NCBI RefSeq assembly: GCF_000027125.1
Contig: NC_017626.1
DNA from: Escherichia coli 042
Lineage (GTDB): Bacteria > Pseudomonadota > Gammaproteobacteria > Enterobacterales > Enterobacteriaceae
DNA: 64,000 nucleotides
Strand: one strand, 5' to 3'
Part shown: in pieces, positions 38,564-52,139 of the stretch
Layout of the letters: each line of letters opens with the position of its first letter
Position numbering within the stretch: the stretch's first letter is position 1
The notes under the pieces: generated by a model
The model's input: the letters and a program-made list of their open reading frames with translations, nothing else
Databases searched by the model: none
What the model was told of the DNA's origin: nothing
Made by a program: the position numbers and the translations under genes

Positions 38564-39300
38564 TTCCTTTCAAATGAAACGGAGCTGTCATGCTCCGTTT
38601 ACTTCGTCATTATTTTTACTTTGTTCCCGCGCAGTTATCAAAAGCAAAAGGAATGGGTGAAAATATTCTTCTCAAATTACAGTTGGTTATAAGGATTTCC
38701 TTAACTGCTTCTCCTCACCATCATGTTATTTTCGCCACATCATAATCCTGGGCTTGCTGAAGAATAATTGAAATGATATTAGTAATTCCACTGCTTTTGG
38801 TAGAGGAAAGTGCTAAATAATAATCAATTGTTAAATTATTGTGCATTTCACTACTGGAACTGTAATCAGAAAAGAGAGACATGCTTAACCAATCTCTATT
38901 TGATTGAATTAAAAGATGTTTGTTAAGACATGGATGCAAGCTATAGATTCTGATACGGTCAATAAAAGAGAATTGCTTAACAATTTTGCAAAATGTATTG
39001 GCGAGTAAGAAGCGCATTTGGTACTTTCCGGGCAACCGCCAGACGATTCTTTATTGGTAATGAGAATAATTAACAATTAAAGAGCGTCGCGAAAGAATAA
39101 TGTGTCTCGACAGGGGAGACACAGTACGAATCGACATAAGGTGATCGTCTGAATCACCAGAATAAATAAAGTCGGTGATAGTAATACGTAACGATAAAGT
39201 AACCTGACAGCAGAAAGTCTCCGAGCCTGTGCAGGGTCCCAATCCGGGATTACACATGCTGGTTAATACCAGTAATTATAATGAGGGAGTCCAAAAAACA

Positions 39301-40932
39301 ATGACCAACATCACCAAGAGAAGTTTAGTAGCAGCTGGCGTTCTGGCTGCGCTTATGGCAGGGAATGTCGCGCTGGCAGCTGATGTACCCGCAGGCGTCA
39401 CACTGGCGGAAAAACAAACGCTGGTACGTAACAATGGTTCAGAAGTTCAGTCATTAGATCCGCACAAAATTGAAGGTGTTCCGGAGTCTAATATCAGCCG
39501 AGACCTGTTTGAAGGCTTACTGGTCAGCGATCTTGACGGCCATCCGGCACCTGGCGTCGCTGAATCCTGGGATAATAAAGATGCGAAAGTCTGGACCTTC
39601 CATTTGCGTAAAGATGCGAAATGGTCTGATGGCACGCCAGTCACAGCCCAAGACTTTGTGTATAGCTGGCAACGTTCTGTTGATCCGAACACCGCTTCTC
39701 CGTATGCCAGTTATCTGCAATATGGGCATATCGCCGGTATTGATGAAATTCTTGAAGGGAAAAAACCGATTACCGATCTCGGCGTGAAAGCTATTGATGA
39801 TCACACATTAGAAGTCACCTTAAGTGAACCCGTTCCGTACTTCTATAAATTACTTGTTCACCCGTCAACTTCACCGGTGCCAAAAGCCGCTATCGAGAAA
39901 TTCGGCGAAAAATGGACCCAGCCTGGTAATATCGTCACCAACGGTGCCTATACCTTAAAAGATTGGGTCGTAAATGAACGAATCGTTCTTGAACGCAGCC
40001 CGACCTACTGGAACAACGCGAAAACCGTTATTAACCAGGTAACCTATTTGCCTATTGCTTCTGAAGTTACCGATGTCAATCGCTACCGTAGTGGTGAAAT
40101 CGACATGACTTATAACAACATGCCGATCGAATTGTTCCAGAAGCTGAAAAAAGAGATCCCGGACGAAGTTCACGTTGATCCATACCTGTGCACTTATTAT
40201 TACGAAATTAACAACCAGAAACCGCCATTTAACGATGTACGTGTGCGTACCGCACTGAAACTGGGTATGGACCGCGATATCATTGTTAATAAAGTGAAAG
40301 CGCAGGGCGACATGCCCGCCTATGGTTACACTCCACCGTATACTGATGGCGCAAAATTGACTCAGCCGGAATGGTTTGGCTGGAGCCAGGAAAAACGTAA
40401 CGAAGAAGCGAAAAAACTGCTGGCTGAAGCGGGTTATACCGCAGACAAACCGTTAACCATCAACCTGTTGTATAACACCTCCGATCTGCATAAAAAGCTG
40501 GCGATTGCAGCCTCTTCATTGTGGAAGAAAAACATTGGTGTAAACGTCAAACTGGTTAACCAGGAGTGGAAAACGTTCCTCGACACCCGTCACCAGGGCA
40601 CTTTTGATGTGGCCCGTGCAGGCTGGTGTGCAGACTACAACGAACCAACTTCCTTCCTGAACACCATGCTGTCGAACAGCTCGATGAATACCGCGCATTA
40701 TAAGAGCCCGGCCTTTGACAGCATTATGGCGGAAACGCTGAAAGCGACTGACGAGGCGCAGCGCACAGCTCTGTACACTAAAGCAGAACAACAGCTGGAT
40801 AAGGATTCGGCCATTGTTCCTGTTTATTACTACGTGAATGCGCGTCTGGTGAAACCGTGGGTTGGTGGCTATACCGGCAAAGATCCGCTGGATAATACCT
40901 ACACCCGGAATATGTACATTGTGAAGCACTAA
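39301..40932 (+). CDS. oppA: oligopeptide ABC transporter periplasmic binding protein
   Basis: ORF with start placed at ATG 39301 (MTNITKRSLVAAGVLAALMAGNVALA signal peptide), 543 aa. Confidence 0.95.
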   Translation: MTNITKRSLVAAGVLAALMAGNVALAADVPAGVTLAEKQTLVRNNGSEVQSLDPHKIEGVPESNISRDLFEGLLVSDLDGHPAPGVAESWDNKDAKVWTFHLRKDAKWSDGTPVTAQDFVYSWQRSVDPNTASPYASYLQYGHIAGIDEILEGKKPITDLGVKAIDDHTLEVTLSEPVPYFYKLLVHPSTSPVPKAAIEKFGEKWTQPGNIVTNGAYTLKDWVVNERIVLERSPTYWNNAKTVINQVTYLPIASEVTDVNRYRSGEIDMTYNNMPIELFQKLKKEIPDEVHVDPYLCTYYYEINNQKPPFNDVRVRTALKLGMDRDIIVNKVKAQGDMPAYGYTPPYTDGAKLTQPEWFGWSQEKRNEEAKKLLAEAGYTADKPLTINLLYNTSDLHKKLAIAASSLWKKNIGVNVKLVNQEWKTFLDTRHQGTFDVARAGWCADYNEPTSFLNTMLSNSSMNTAHYKSPAFDSIMAETLKATDEAQRTALYTKAEQQLDKDSAIVPVYYYVNARLVKPWVGGYTGKDPLDNTYTRNMYIVKH

Positions 40933-41017
40933 TGGCAATACGTGGGGCAGGCGTGTCCTGCTCCACGGTGTCTGATTTTTATCGCATTACAGAAGGCACA
41001 GGCCAGAAGGTAGGGCA

Positions 41018-41938
41018 ATGTTAAAATTTATTCTACGTCGCTGTCTGGAAGCGATTCCGACGCTATTTATTCTTATTACTATTTCGTTCTTCATGATGCG
41101 CCTCGCGCCGGGAAGCCCTTTTACCGGCGAACGTACTTTACCGCCAGAAGTGATGGCCAATATCGAAGCGAAATATCATCTTAATGATCCGATCATGACA
41201 CAGTATTTCAGCTACCTGAAACAACTGGCGCATGGCGATTTCGGTCCATCGTTTAAATATAAAGATTATTCGGTCAACGACCTGGTTGCATCCAGTTTTC
41301 CCGTTTCTGCCAAACTGGGAGCCGCAGCATTTTTCCTTGCGGTAATACTGGGTGTTAGTGCTGGCGTTATTGCAGCATTAAAACAAAACACCAAATGGGA
41401 CTATACCGTGATGGGGCTGGCAATGACCGGGGTTGTTATCCCCAGTTTTGTGGTTGCGCCATTATTAGTCATGATATTTGCGATCATTTTGCATTGGCTG
41501 CCGGGCGGTGGCTGGAATGGTGGTGCGCTTAAATTCATGATATTGCCGATGGTGGCGTTGTCACTCGCCTATATCGCCAGTATTGCGCGCATTACCCGTG
41601 GCTCTATGATTGAGGTTTTACACTCCAACTTTATTCGTACTGCCCGGGCGAAAGGGTTACCTATGCGGCGGATCATTTTACGCCACGCATTAAAACCTGC
41701 TCTGTTACCCGTGCTCTCCTATATGGGCCCCGCATTTGTCGGCATTATTACCGGTTCTATGGTTATCGAAACCATTTATGGTTTGCCGGGGATTGGGCAA
41801 CTGTTCGTTAATGGCGCATTGAACCGTGACTATTCCTTAGTGTTAAGCCTGACTATCCTGGTTGGTGCGTTAACCATTTTGTTTAATGCCATTGTCGATG
41901 TGCTATATGCGGTTATCGACCCGAAAATCCGTTACTGA
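41018..41938 (+). CDS. oppB: oligopeptide ABC transporter permease
   Basis: 306-aa membrane ORF. Confidence 0.95.
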   Translation: MLKFILRRCLEAIPTLFILITISFFMMRLAPGSPFTGERTLPPEVMANIEAKYHLNDPIMTQYFSYLKQLAHGDFGPSFKYKDYSVNDLVASSFPVSAKLGAAAFFLAVILGVSAGVIAALKQNTKWDYTVMGLAMTGVVIPSFVVAPLLVMIFAIILHWLPGGGWNGGALKFMILPMVALSLAYIASIARITRGSMIEVLHSNFIRTARAKGLPMRRIILRHALKPALLPVLSYMGPAFVGIITGSMVIETIYGLPGIGQLFVNGALNRDYSLVLSLTILVGALTILFNAIVDVLYAVIDPKIRY

Positions 41939-41952
41939 TACTGGAGCTCGCG

Positions 41953-42861
41953 ATGATGTTAAGTAAGAAAAACAGCGAGACGCTGGAAAATTTCAGTGAA
42001 AAGCTGGAGGTCGAAGGGCGCAGCTTGTGGCAGGACGCACGTCGACGTTTTATGCATAACCGTGCGGCGGTTGCCAGTCTGATAGTGCTGGTGCTAATCG
42101 CGTTATTTGTCATCCTGGCACCGATGCTTTCGCAGTTTGCCTATGACGATACTGACTGGGCGATGATGTCCAGCGCCCCAGATATGGAGTCCGGTCACTA
42201 CTTTGGTACTGACTCATCCGGTCGCGACCTGCTTGTGCGTGTTGCGATTGGCGGGCGTATCTCACTCATGGTCGGTGTTGCTGCGGCACTGGTGGCTGTG
42301 GTCGTCGGGACACTTTATGGTTCGCTTTCCGGTTATCTGGGCGGTAAAGTGGATTCGGTAATGATGCGTCTGCTGGAAATCCTCAACTCCTTCCCATTCA
42401 TGTTCTTCGTCATTTTGCTGGTGACCTTTTTCGGTCAAAACATCCTGCTGATTTTCGTGGCGATAGGCATGGTTTCCTGGCTGGATATGGCTCGTATTGT
42501 GCGTGGGCAAACCCTGAGTCTGAAGCGTAAAGAGTTTATTGAGGCGGCACAAGTTGGCGGTGTATCGACGCCGGGCATTGTTATTCGCCACATTGTACCG
42601 AACGTACTCGGTGTGGTGGTGGTCTACGCATCGCTACTGGTGCCCAGCATGATCCTCTTTGAATCTTTCCTTAGCTTCCTGGGGTTGGGGACGCAAGAGC
42701 CGTTAAGCAGCTGGGGCGCATTGCTGAGTGATGGCGCGAACTCGATGGAAGTCTCTCCATGGTTACTGTTGTTCCCAGCGGGATTCCTCGTGGTGACGCT
42801 ATTTTGTTTCAACTTTATCGGCGATGGCTTGCGTGATGCCCTCGACCCGAAAGATCGTTAA
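41953..42861 (+). CDS. oppC: oligopeptide ABC transporter permease
   Basis: 302-aa membrane ORF. Confidence 0.95.
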   Translation: MMLSKKNSETLENFSEKLEVEGRSLWQDARRRFMHNRAAVASLIVLVLIALFVILAPMLSQFAYDDTDWAMMSSAPDMESGHYFGTDSSGRDLLVRVAIGGRISLMVGVAAALVAVVVGTLYGSLSGYLGGKVDSVMMRLLEILNSFPFMFFVILLVTFFGQNILLIFVAIGMVSWLDMARIVRGQTLSLKRKEFIEAAQVGGVSTPGIVIRHIVPNVLGVVVVYASLLVPSMILFESFLSFLGLGTQEPLSSWGALLSDGANSMEVSPWLLLFPAGFLVVTLFCFNFIGDGLRDALDPKDR

Positions 42862-42872
42862 GGAGTGCAGCC

Positions 42873-43886
42873 ATGAGCGTAATTGAAACTGCAACTGTGC
42901 CGCTCGCACAACAACAGGCTGACGCACTGCTGAACGTGAAAGATTTGCGTGTCACCTTTTGTACCCCGGACGGCGACGTCACGGCGGTCAATGATTTGAA
43001 TTTTTCCCTACGTGCCGGAGAAACGCTGGGCATTGTAGGTGAGTCTGGTTCGGGTAAATCGCAAACTGCATTTGCGTTGATGGGCCTGTTGGCTGCCAAC
43101 GGACGTATTGGCGGATCGGCAACCTTCAATGGGCGTGAAATCCTCAATTTGCCAGAGCGTGAACTCAATAAACTGCGCGCTGAACAAATCTCAATGATTT
43201 TTCAGGACCCAATGACTTCGTTGAATCCCTATATGCGTGTCGGTGAGCAGTTGATGGAAGTGCTGATGCTGCATAAGAACATGAGCAAAGCTGAGGCGTT
43301 TGAAGAGTCGGTGCGGATGCTCGATGCGGTAAAAATGCCGGAAGCGCGTAAACGCATGAAAATGTACCCGCATGAATTTTCTGGTGGCATGCGTCAGCGA
43401 GTCATGATTGCGATGGCATTGCTATGTCGACCTAAGCTGCTGATTGCTGATGAACCCACTACTGCGCTGGACGTCACCGTACAGGCGCAGATCATGACTC
43501 TATTGAATGAACTGAAGCGGGAATTTAATACCGCCATCATTATGATCACCCACGATCTTGGCGTGGTGGCGGGGATCTGCGACAAAGTGCTGGTAATGTA
43601 CGCCGGGCGCACGATGGAATATGGCAACGCGCGCGATGTCTTTTATCAACCCGTTCATCCTTATTCTATCGGTTTACTCAACGCGGTGCCGCGTCTCGAT
43701 GCGGAAGGTGAAACAATGTTGACCATCCCGGGTAATCCGCCAAACTTGCTGCGATTACCGAAAGGTTGCCCGTTCCAGCCACGTTGTCCACATGCGATGG
43801 AAATTTGTAGTAGCGCACCGCCGCTGGAAGAGTTTACGCCTGGCCGTCTGCGTGCTTGCTTTAAACCGGTGGAGGAACTGTTATGA
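42873..43886 (+). CDS. oppD: oligopeptide ABC transporter ATPase
   Basis: 337-aa ORF with Walker A (GESGSGKS). Confidence 0.95.
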   Translation: MSVIETATVPLAQQQADALLNVKDLRVTFCTPDGDVTAVNDLNFSLRAGETLGIVGESGSGKSQTAFALMGLLAANGRIGGSATFNGREILNLPERELNKLRAEQISMIFQDPMTSLNPYMRVGEQLMEVLMLHKNMSKAEAFEESVRMLDAVKMPEARKRMKMYPHEFSGGMRQRVMIAMALLCRPKLLIADEPTTALDVTVQAQIMTLLNELKREFNTAIIMITHDLGVVAGICDKVLVMYAGRTMEYGNARDVFYQPVHPYSIGLLNAVPRLDAEGETMLTIPGNPPNLLRLPKGCPFQPRCPHAMEICSSAPPLEEFTPGRLRACFKPVEELL

Positions 43887-44887
43887 ATGCTGTAACTGAA
43901 GGAAGAAAAGTCCTCCTTGAAATCGCCGATCTGAAAGTGCACTTTGAAATCAAAGATGGCAAACAGTGGTTCTGGCAACCGCCGAAAACGCTCAAAGCCG
44001 TCGATGGTGTCACTCTTCGCCTGTATGAAGGGGAAACATTAGGTGTGGTAGGGGAATCGGGATGCGGTAAGTCCACCTTTGCTCGCGCCATCATCGGTTT
44101 GGTCAAGGCGACCGACGGTCATGTTGCCTGGTTAGGTAAAGAGTTGCTGGGCATGAAGCCCGATGAATGGCGTGCCGTTCGCAGTGATATTCAGATGATT
44201 TTCCAGGATCCGTTGGCATCGCTAAACCCGCGTATGACCATCGGCGAGATTATCGCTGAACCGATGCGTACCTATCATCCGAAAATGTCACGCCAGGAAG
44301 TTCGCGAGCGCGTGAAGGCGATGATGCTGAAAGTCGGGTTATTGCCTAACCTGATTAACCGCTATCCGCATGAGTTCTCCGGTGGGCAGTGCCAGCGTAT
44401 CGGGATTGCTCGTGCACTTATTCTTGAACCGAAGCTGATTATCTGTGATGAGCCGGTGTCGGCGCTGGACGTGTCAATTCAGGCGCAGGTGGTCAACCTG
44501 CTCCAGCAGCTGCAACGTGAGATGGGATTGTCATTAATTTTTATCGCTCACGACCTGGCCGTGGTAAAACACATTTCCGATCGTGTGTTAGTGATGTATC
44601 TCGGCCATGCGGTAGAACTGGGGACCTATGATGAGGTCTATCACAATCCGCTACATCCTTACACCAGGGCATTGATGTCGGCAGTCCCCATACCTGATCC
44701 GGATCTGGAGAAGAACAAAACCATCCAGTTACTGGAAGGGGAATTACCGTCGCCGATCAACCCGCCTTCCGGTTGTGTTTTCCGTACCCGTTGCCCGATT
44801 GCCGGTCCGGAGTGTGCCAAAACACGTCCTGTGCTGGAGGGGAGTTTCAGACACGCCGTTTCTTGCCTGAAAGTCGATCCGCTTTAA
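43883..44887 (+). CDS. oppF: oligopeptide ABC transporter ATPase
   Basis: 334-aa ORF with Walker A (GESGCGKST); start overlaps oppD stop. Confidence 0.95.
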   Translation: MNAVTEGRKVLLEIADLKVHFEIKDGKQWFWQPPKTLKAVDGVTLRLYEGETLGVVGESGCGKSTFARAIIGLVKATDGHVAWLGKELLGMKPDEWRAVRSDIQMIFQDPLASLNPRMTIGEIIAEPMRTYHPKMSRQEVRERVKAMMLKVGLLPNLINRYPHEFSGGQCQRIGIARALILEPKLIICDEPVSALDVSIQAQVVNLLQQLQREMGLSLIFIAHDLAVVKHISDRVLVMYLGHAVELGTYDEVYHNPLHPYTRALMSAVPIPDPDLEKNKTIQLLEGELPSPINPPSGCVFRTRCPIAGPECAKTRPVLEGSFRHAVSCLKVDPL

Positions 44888-44939
44888 ACACAATAAGGGC
44901 TGACAGTTGTCAGCCCTTTTTCACGCCGAAAGTGATTAT

Positions 44940-46764
<1,825 letters not shown>

Positions 46765-46906
46765 AGATTAGAAATCCTTTTGAAAGCGCATTGTTATGAG
46801 TTTACGCATATGGATTCATCTGGCAAATAAAAACGCGGGAAAAGCACTGGTCAGCGTCGGGGGCGGGGGTATAATGACCATTCTGTTATTGCATAGAGTA
46901 GTTAAC

Positions 46907-47080
46907 ATGAAGCGGAGTAGAACGGAAGTGGGGCGCTGGCGTATGCAGCGTCAGGCTAGCCGACGTAAATCGCGTTGGCTTGAGGGGCAGTCGCGCCGAA
47001 ATATGCGTATCCACAGCATCAGGAAGTGCATTCTAAACAAACAGCGTAACTCGTTATTGTTTGCGATCTACAATATCTAA
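46907..47080 (+). CDS. yciY: small basic protein YciY
   Basis: 57-aa Arg-rich ORF (MKRSRTEVGRWRMQRQ...) from internal ATG 46907. Confidence 0.7.
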   Translation: MKRSRTEVGRWRMQRQASRRKSRWLEGQSRRNMRIHSIRKCILNKQRNSLLFAIYNI

Positions 47081-47134
47081 ATGTACTGGGCACCATTGCG
47101 GTGCCCAATAAGTTTACTCTTCCGTCTTTAAACT

Positions 47135-48388
47135 CTATTTTTGCGCCGATTCTTTATTGTCAGCTTTCGTTTCTTGTTCATCGTTATCGCTGAAAATACC
47201 ATGACCTGAGTTCAACAACATTGAAACGAGCATATCATTATTAATCTCTTCACCATTTAAAACTCGCGCCAGAATTTCGCTGCCAAACAGTTGCGGTGAG
47301 AGAATGATATCCGGATGTACCATCTTAATCTTATTCAGGTTTTTGCTATCACTGACGGCGAGAACTGTTTTGACATCACTGCTCATATCTTTTGCCGATA
47401 GTACAACAAACGCGTTATCAGCATCGTTATCACTCAGCGCCAGAATGGCCCGGCATCGATCGATTCCTGCTTTCTTTAATACTGAACTGTCATTACTGTC
47501 ACCGGGGATAACATCAGCGTTATCACCTAAGCGTTGCTCAAGTTGCTTGATATCATCTTCAGGCAAGTTGCTGATAACCGTTACATTTTGTCCGCGTTGA
47601 TTCAGTTGCAGAATCGTATTGATGGCGAGAATCGAATGCCCGCAAACAATAAAATGATCTTTACGATGCATTGTATGATTGTTTCCTTTTACAAGTTTGT
47701 TGAATCCCCCGCGGATAAGCGGACCAAAAATTGAAGTCATGGAGGTGGCAAAAACGGTAATGCCGGAAATAATGACCGAAATAGTGAACAATCGTGCTGA
47801 TTCAGAAACAGGGACAATATCGCCATAGCCGACGGTTGACATGGTTTCTATCGAAAAATAGAACGCGGTCATCAAACTTTCTATTCGCGGATTAAAACCT
47901 TCGCTTAAATAAAGCGCACCGTAGGTGGAGTAAAACAGTAACGTCGTGAAACTAATAAATGCGAAAATTGTCCCGGCTGCGGCGCTACTGTGGGAGAAGT
48001 CTTTGCGCAGTATCAGCAAAAACACCAGCGTAAAAATGCAAAATCCAATACTAAATTTCAGCCAGGGATAAAAATGCAGGGTGTAAATTAGCGCTATCAA
48101 CAACAAAATGATACTGATTGCCCATGCGAGCTTTGCCCGGAACAGTAAGCCAATGGAGTTCAGGACAAGAAAGACGCCGAGCATAAAGAGTGGGGCGTTT
48201 GCCAGCAAGGAGAGATCTAACTCTGAAAAGGCTTTGATATGGAAAATATCAAGCAAATTGACCGACATACCATAGATTGTTTTAAAAATAAGCAATCCAT
48301 TTAAAAAGACGGCCAGCGCGAGAATGTCGTGCCGTAGGGTCACCCATAAATTTGTTGCTGTTTGTTTGAATGTAGCCCAGTGACTCAC
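47135..48388 (-). CDS. kch: voltage-gated potassium channel Kch
   Basis: membrane ORF with K+ selectivity filter TVGYGD and a C-terminal RCK-like domain; start placed at GTG (MSHWATFKQ...). Confidence 0.9.
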   Translation of the reverse strand: MSHWATFKQTATNLWVTLRHDILALAVFLNGLLIFKTIYGMSVNLLDIFHIKAFSELDLSLLANAPLFMLGVFLVLNSIGLLFRAKLAWAISIILLLIALIYTLHFYPWLKFSIGFCIFTLVFLLILRKDFSHSSAAAGTIFAFISFTTLLFYSTYGALYLSEGFNPRIESLMTAFYFSIETMSTVGYGDIVPVSESARLFTISVIISGITVFATSMTSIFGPLIRGGFNKLVKGNNHTMHRKDHFIVCGHSILAINTILQLNQRGQNVTVISNLPEDDIKQLEQRLGDNADVIPGDSNDSSVLKKAGIDRCRAILALSDNDADNAFVVLSAKDMSSDVKTVLAVSDSKNLNKIKMVHPDIILSPQLFGSEILARVLNGEEINNDMLVSMLLNSGHGIFSDNDEQETKADNKESAQK

Positions 48389-48688
48389 TGATACCTCTGT
48401 AACCACAATTTTGTTTAATTATCGTAACGTGCACATTTTCTGAACATACATGCAGCACGTGAATGTGTTAAACAATAGTAGATGACTTCATCCGCAGTAA
48501 TCAAAGGTTTTGAGTGAGCAACTCTGCGTCAGGAAAGGGCATTTTTCCTGAATATGCTCGCATCATATAAAGAAATACAGATAAAGTTATTATCTGCTTG
48601 TGGGGTTGAATGCACTGACCGACCTATAAGGAAAGGCCAAACAAGAACACGGTTGCAAAAACCGTGCCCTTAAATATTGAATCTCTAT

Positions 48689-48985
48689 TCAGAACACTTT
48701 CTTAAATGGTTTCACTGAAACGTGTTCATAGACACCTGCCGCTACGTACGGGTCAGCATCGGCCCAGGCCTGAGCTGCTTCCAGCGATTCAAATTCAGCA
48801 ATAACGGTTGAGCCAGTAAATCCCGCAGCCCCTGGATCGTTACTGTCTACTGCTGGCATTGGACCAGCTGTCAACAAACGACCTTCATCATGCAGTAACT
48901 GTAAACGTGCTAAATGTGCCGGACGAACGGAAAGGCGTTTTTCGAGGCTATCAGCTTTGTCTTGAGCGTAAATAACATACAACAC
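48689..48985 (-). CDS. yciI: YciI-like protein
   Basis: 98-aa ORF from GTG after an AGGAG RBS. Confidence 0.8.
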
Positions 48986-49142
48986 GGGCACAACTCCTTG
49001 TTCGGGAAAGTTGTAAAGTACGTTATTTGAAAGGGCGAAGATCTGCAACGGAAAGATGATGTCTTTGTTAAGACCATTTAAAAAGTAAGGTCAATTACGC
49101 CAAAAATGACATTTTCACTGATCCTGATCGTCTTGCCTTATT

Positions 49143-49161
49143 GAATATGATTGCTATTTGC
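49143..49161 (+). promoter_or_regulatory. Fur-box-like sequence in the tonB promoter
   Basis: GAATATGATTGCTATTTGC resembles the GATAATGATAATCATTATC consensus, about 50 bp upstream of the tonB ATG. Confidence 0.5.
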
Positions 49162-49208
49162 ATTTAAAATCGGGGCCTGGTTTTTCTACTGAAATGATTA
49201 TGACTTCA

Positions 49209-49928
49209 ATGACCCTTGATTTACCTCGCCGCTTCCCCTGGCCGACGTTACTTTCGGTCTGCATTCATGGTGCTGTTGTGGCGGGTCTGCTCTATACCTC
49301 GGTACATCAGGTTATTGAACTACCTGCGCCTGCGCAGCCAATTTCTGTCACGATGGTTGCGCCTGCGGATCTCGAACCGCCACAAGCCGTTCAGCCACCA
49401 CCGGAGCCGGTGGTAGAGGCAGAACCGGAACCTGAGCCGATCCCCGAACCGCCAAAAGAAGCACCGGTGGTCATTGAAAAGCCGAAGCCGAAACCTAAGC
49501 CAAAACCGAAGCCGGTGAAAAAGGTACAGGAGCAGCCAAAACGCGATGTCAAACCCGTAGAGTCGCGTCCGGCATCACCGTTTGAAAATACGGCACCCGC
49601 GCGCCCGACATCAAGTACGGCAACGGCTGCAACCAGCAAGCCGGTTACCAGTGTGGCTTCAGGACCACGCGCATTAAGCCGCAATCAGCCGCAGTATCCG
49701 GCACGAGCACAGGCATTGCGCATTGAAGGGCAGGTTAAAGTTAAATTTGATGTCACGCCGGATGGTCACGTGGATAACGTGCAAATCCTCTCAGCCAAGC
49801 CTGCGAACATGTTTGAGCGTGAGGTGAAAAATGCGATGCGCAGATGGCGTTATGAGCCGGGTAAGCCAGGCAGTGGGATTGTGGTGAATATCCTGTTTAA
49901 AATTAACGGCACCACCGAAATTCAGTAA
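49209..49928 (+). CDS. tonB: TonB energy transducer
   Basis: ORF with Pro-rich EP/KP repeat region; start placed at ATG 49209 ([17 protein letters not shown]...), 239 aa. Confidence 0.95.
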   Translation: MTLDLPRRFPWPTLLSVCIHGAVVAGLLYTSVHQVIELPAPAQPISVTMVAPADLEPPQAVQPPPEPVVEAEPEPEPIPEPPKEAPVVIEKPKPKPKPKPKPVKKVQEQPKRDVKPVESRPASPFENTAPARPTSSTATAATSKPVTSVASGPRALSRNQPQYPARAQALRIEGQVKVKFDVTPDGHVDNVQILSAKPANMFEREVKNAMRRWRYEPGKPGSGIVVNILFKINGTTEIQ

Positions 49929-49967
49929 GCAGAAAGTCAAAAGCCTCCGACCGGAGGCTTTTGATTA

Positions 49968-50366
49968 TTACTCAACAGGTAAGGCGCGAGGTTTTCCTTC
50001 AGGATCAACCGCGACATACTTAAATAATGCTTCTGTCGCTTTATAGCGTTGCCCGATGGGTTCAGACGCGACTTTTTTCACCCACACTTCAATATTAATG
50101 CTGACCGATGTCGTCCCTTTCTGGACACAGCGTGCATAGCAGCACACTACATCGCCGACCGCAACCGGTCGTAAGAAAGTCATTCCTTCAACCCGCACGG
50201 TCACTACGCGACCGTGGGCAATTTCTTTCGCCAGAATAGCGCCGCCAATATCCATTTGTGACATTAACCAACCACCAAAGATGTCACCATTGGCATTGGT
50301 ATCGGCGGGCATGGCTAAAGTACGTAAAACAAGATCGCCCTGAGGGACGTTATGTGTTGTAGACAT
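49968..50366 (-). CDS. yciA: acyl-CoA thioesterase YciA
   Basis: 132-aa hotdog-fold ORF. Confidence 0.9.
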   Translation of the reverse strand: MSTTHNVPQGDLVLRTLAMPADTNANGDIFGGWLMSQMDIGGAILAKEIAHGRVVTVRVEGMTFLRPVAVGDVVCCYARCVQKGTTSVSINIEVWVKKVASEPIGQRYKATEALFKYVAVDPEGKPRALPVE

Positions 50367-50470
50367 GGTAAAACCGACTTAAAAGGAAAATCACAGGCGC
50401 GATGCTACTATGATTTTCCTGAGGAGAACAGAGGAGATACAGTGCCAGCCCCGAAGGACTGGCAGTCTGG

Positions 50471-51010
50471 TTAGGATTTATCTTCCTGCGGCATGTGGCG
50501 GTAGATATAGATACCGCTTAACAATGTGAAGATTAAGGTAAGAGCGGTCAGGCCAAACACTTTAAAGTTGACCCAAATATTTTGCGGCAGCCAGAATGCG
50601 ATGTAGATGTTTGCCAGACCGCAAAGGATAAAGAAAACAGCCCAGGCCAGATTCAGCTTCGACCATACCGGTTGCGGCAGCGTGAGTTCTTTACCCAGCA
50701 TCCGCTGAATTAGCGGCTTTTTCATCACCCATTGGCTGACTAACAGGGCACCTGCAAACAGGGCATAAATGACAGTAACCTTCCATTTAATAAACTCATC
50801 ATTGTGGAAGAACAGCGTCAAGCCACCGAAGACGACCACCAGAACAAAAGTGATCAGGGCCATCTTCTCAACCTTACGAAAGCGAACCCAGCTATATATA
50901 AGCACAATCGCCGTGGCGACGATCAGCGCCGCAGTAGCCGCATAGATGTCATAAATCTTGTAAAACGCGAAAAAGACAACCAGCGGTAAAAAATCAAGAA
51001 ACTGCTTCAT
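50471..51010 (-). CDS. yciB: inner membrane protein YciB (IspZ)
   Basis: 179-aa membrane ORF. Confidence 0.9.
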   Translation of the reverse strand: MKQFLDFLPLVVFFAFYKIYDIYAATAALIVATAIVLIYSWVRFRKVEKMALITFVLVVVFGGLTLFFHNDEFIKWKVTVIYALFAGALLVSQWVMKKPLIQRMLGKELTLPQPVWSKLNLAWAVFFILCGLANIYIAFWLPQNIWVNFKVFGLTALTLIFTLLSGIYIYRHMPQEDKS

Positions 51011-51039
51011 TTTACGATTCCGTAATCAAATGCTTAAGG

Positions 51040-51783
51040 TTATTGGCGAATCAACATATACAGGCGGAACAGATAGATGAGCAGTACGGCTGAAATCAGG
51101 TTGCTCAAGGTGTTCGCCAGTACGGCACCAATTTCCGGGGTTAATGCGGCAAAAGAAGAGGCAAAAAGCAGCAACAGTGTCTTTGCCAGCAACCAGCTCA
51201 GTACTGCGGGTGCCACCAGACGCATATTCGCCCAAGTCAGCCGCATACTGCTACGCATCGAGGCAAAAACGCCCATTTTGTCCTGTACCAACATCACCGG
51301 TGCCAGAGCCAGTAAAATGGCCATGATAATTCCCGGAACGACCACCAGCATGATGCCAATCTGTACTAAAAGGGTAGTCAGAAAAATCAGAATAAATAAC
51401 TTTGGCAATATCGGCGCACTGGCACCAATAGCTCGCAGCGCACTGACTCTCTGACCCGCAGACACCAGCTGGATAATTAATATTACGCCTCCGGCGAGAA
51501 TGGCGTTACCGATTAATCCTGAAAAAGTGGACGCCGCTGAAGCCTGCAGCAAAATTTGTTGCTGTTCCGGTGACATATTCTGAACCAGGTCGAACAACCC
51601 ACTACTGCCGCTAACGGGCACGCCGTCATTGAGCTGCGCAAGCTGTGCATCACTGGGTGAGAAAACATGCCCTAACACCACTGTGATAAACGCACATAGC
51701 AACGATACCAACAGAATGGTCATAAATTGATTACGGAAGAAATTTCCGGTGTCACGGTATACGGACTGCGCCGTGATAGACAT
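51040..51783 (-). CDS. yciC: inner membrane protein YciC
   Basis: 247-aa membrane ORF. Confidence 0.9.
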   Translation of the reverse strand: MSITAQSVYRDTGNFFRNQFMTILLVSLLCAFITVVLGHVFSPSDAQLAQLNDGVPVSGSSGLFDLVQNMSPEQQQILLQASAASTFSGLIGNAILAGGVILIIQLVSAGQRVSALRAIGASAPILPKLFILIFLTTLLVQIGIMLVVVPGIIMAILLALAPVMLVQDKMGVFASMRSSMRLTWANMRLVAPAVLSWLLAKTLLLLFASSFAALTPEIGAVLANTLSNLISAVLLIYLFRLYMLIRQ

Positions 51784-52139
51784 GCACTCTCCTTGAGTTT
51801 TATGCAGGTGTTAATTAGCGGGCAATTGTACCCTGGTTAAGCCTCGGGTGGCAGCATCAGGTCTTGTATGGAAAAGCATATCTTTGTAAAGCGGAGGTAA
51901 TTGCTGGCCTTCAGGCGTGGGCAAACCGCGGCAAGTGGCGAACGAGTTAATATTTGCGTAGCGAAAATATTTAAAAATTGATTTAAATCACGTTAACCAG
52001 GATTCTCAATGCAACTTCTAAATTAATCCAGATCAATAAAGGGTGAATTATCATATGTAATGTGATCTATGTAGGATCATTTGTTACTCCAATGTAGGTA
52101 TATTCGTCACGTTTTTATAACCATAACGACGGAGCGGAT

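Noticed and set aside
38721..39035. 104-aa minus-strand ORF in the ychE-oppA intergenic region
   Set aside because: AT-rich intergenic DNA expected to be the long oppA promoter/leader; no RBS and no protein features
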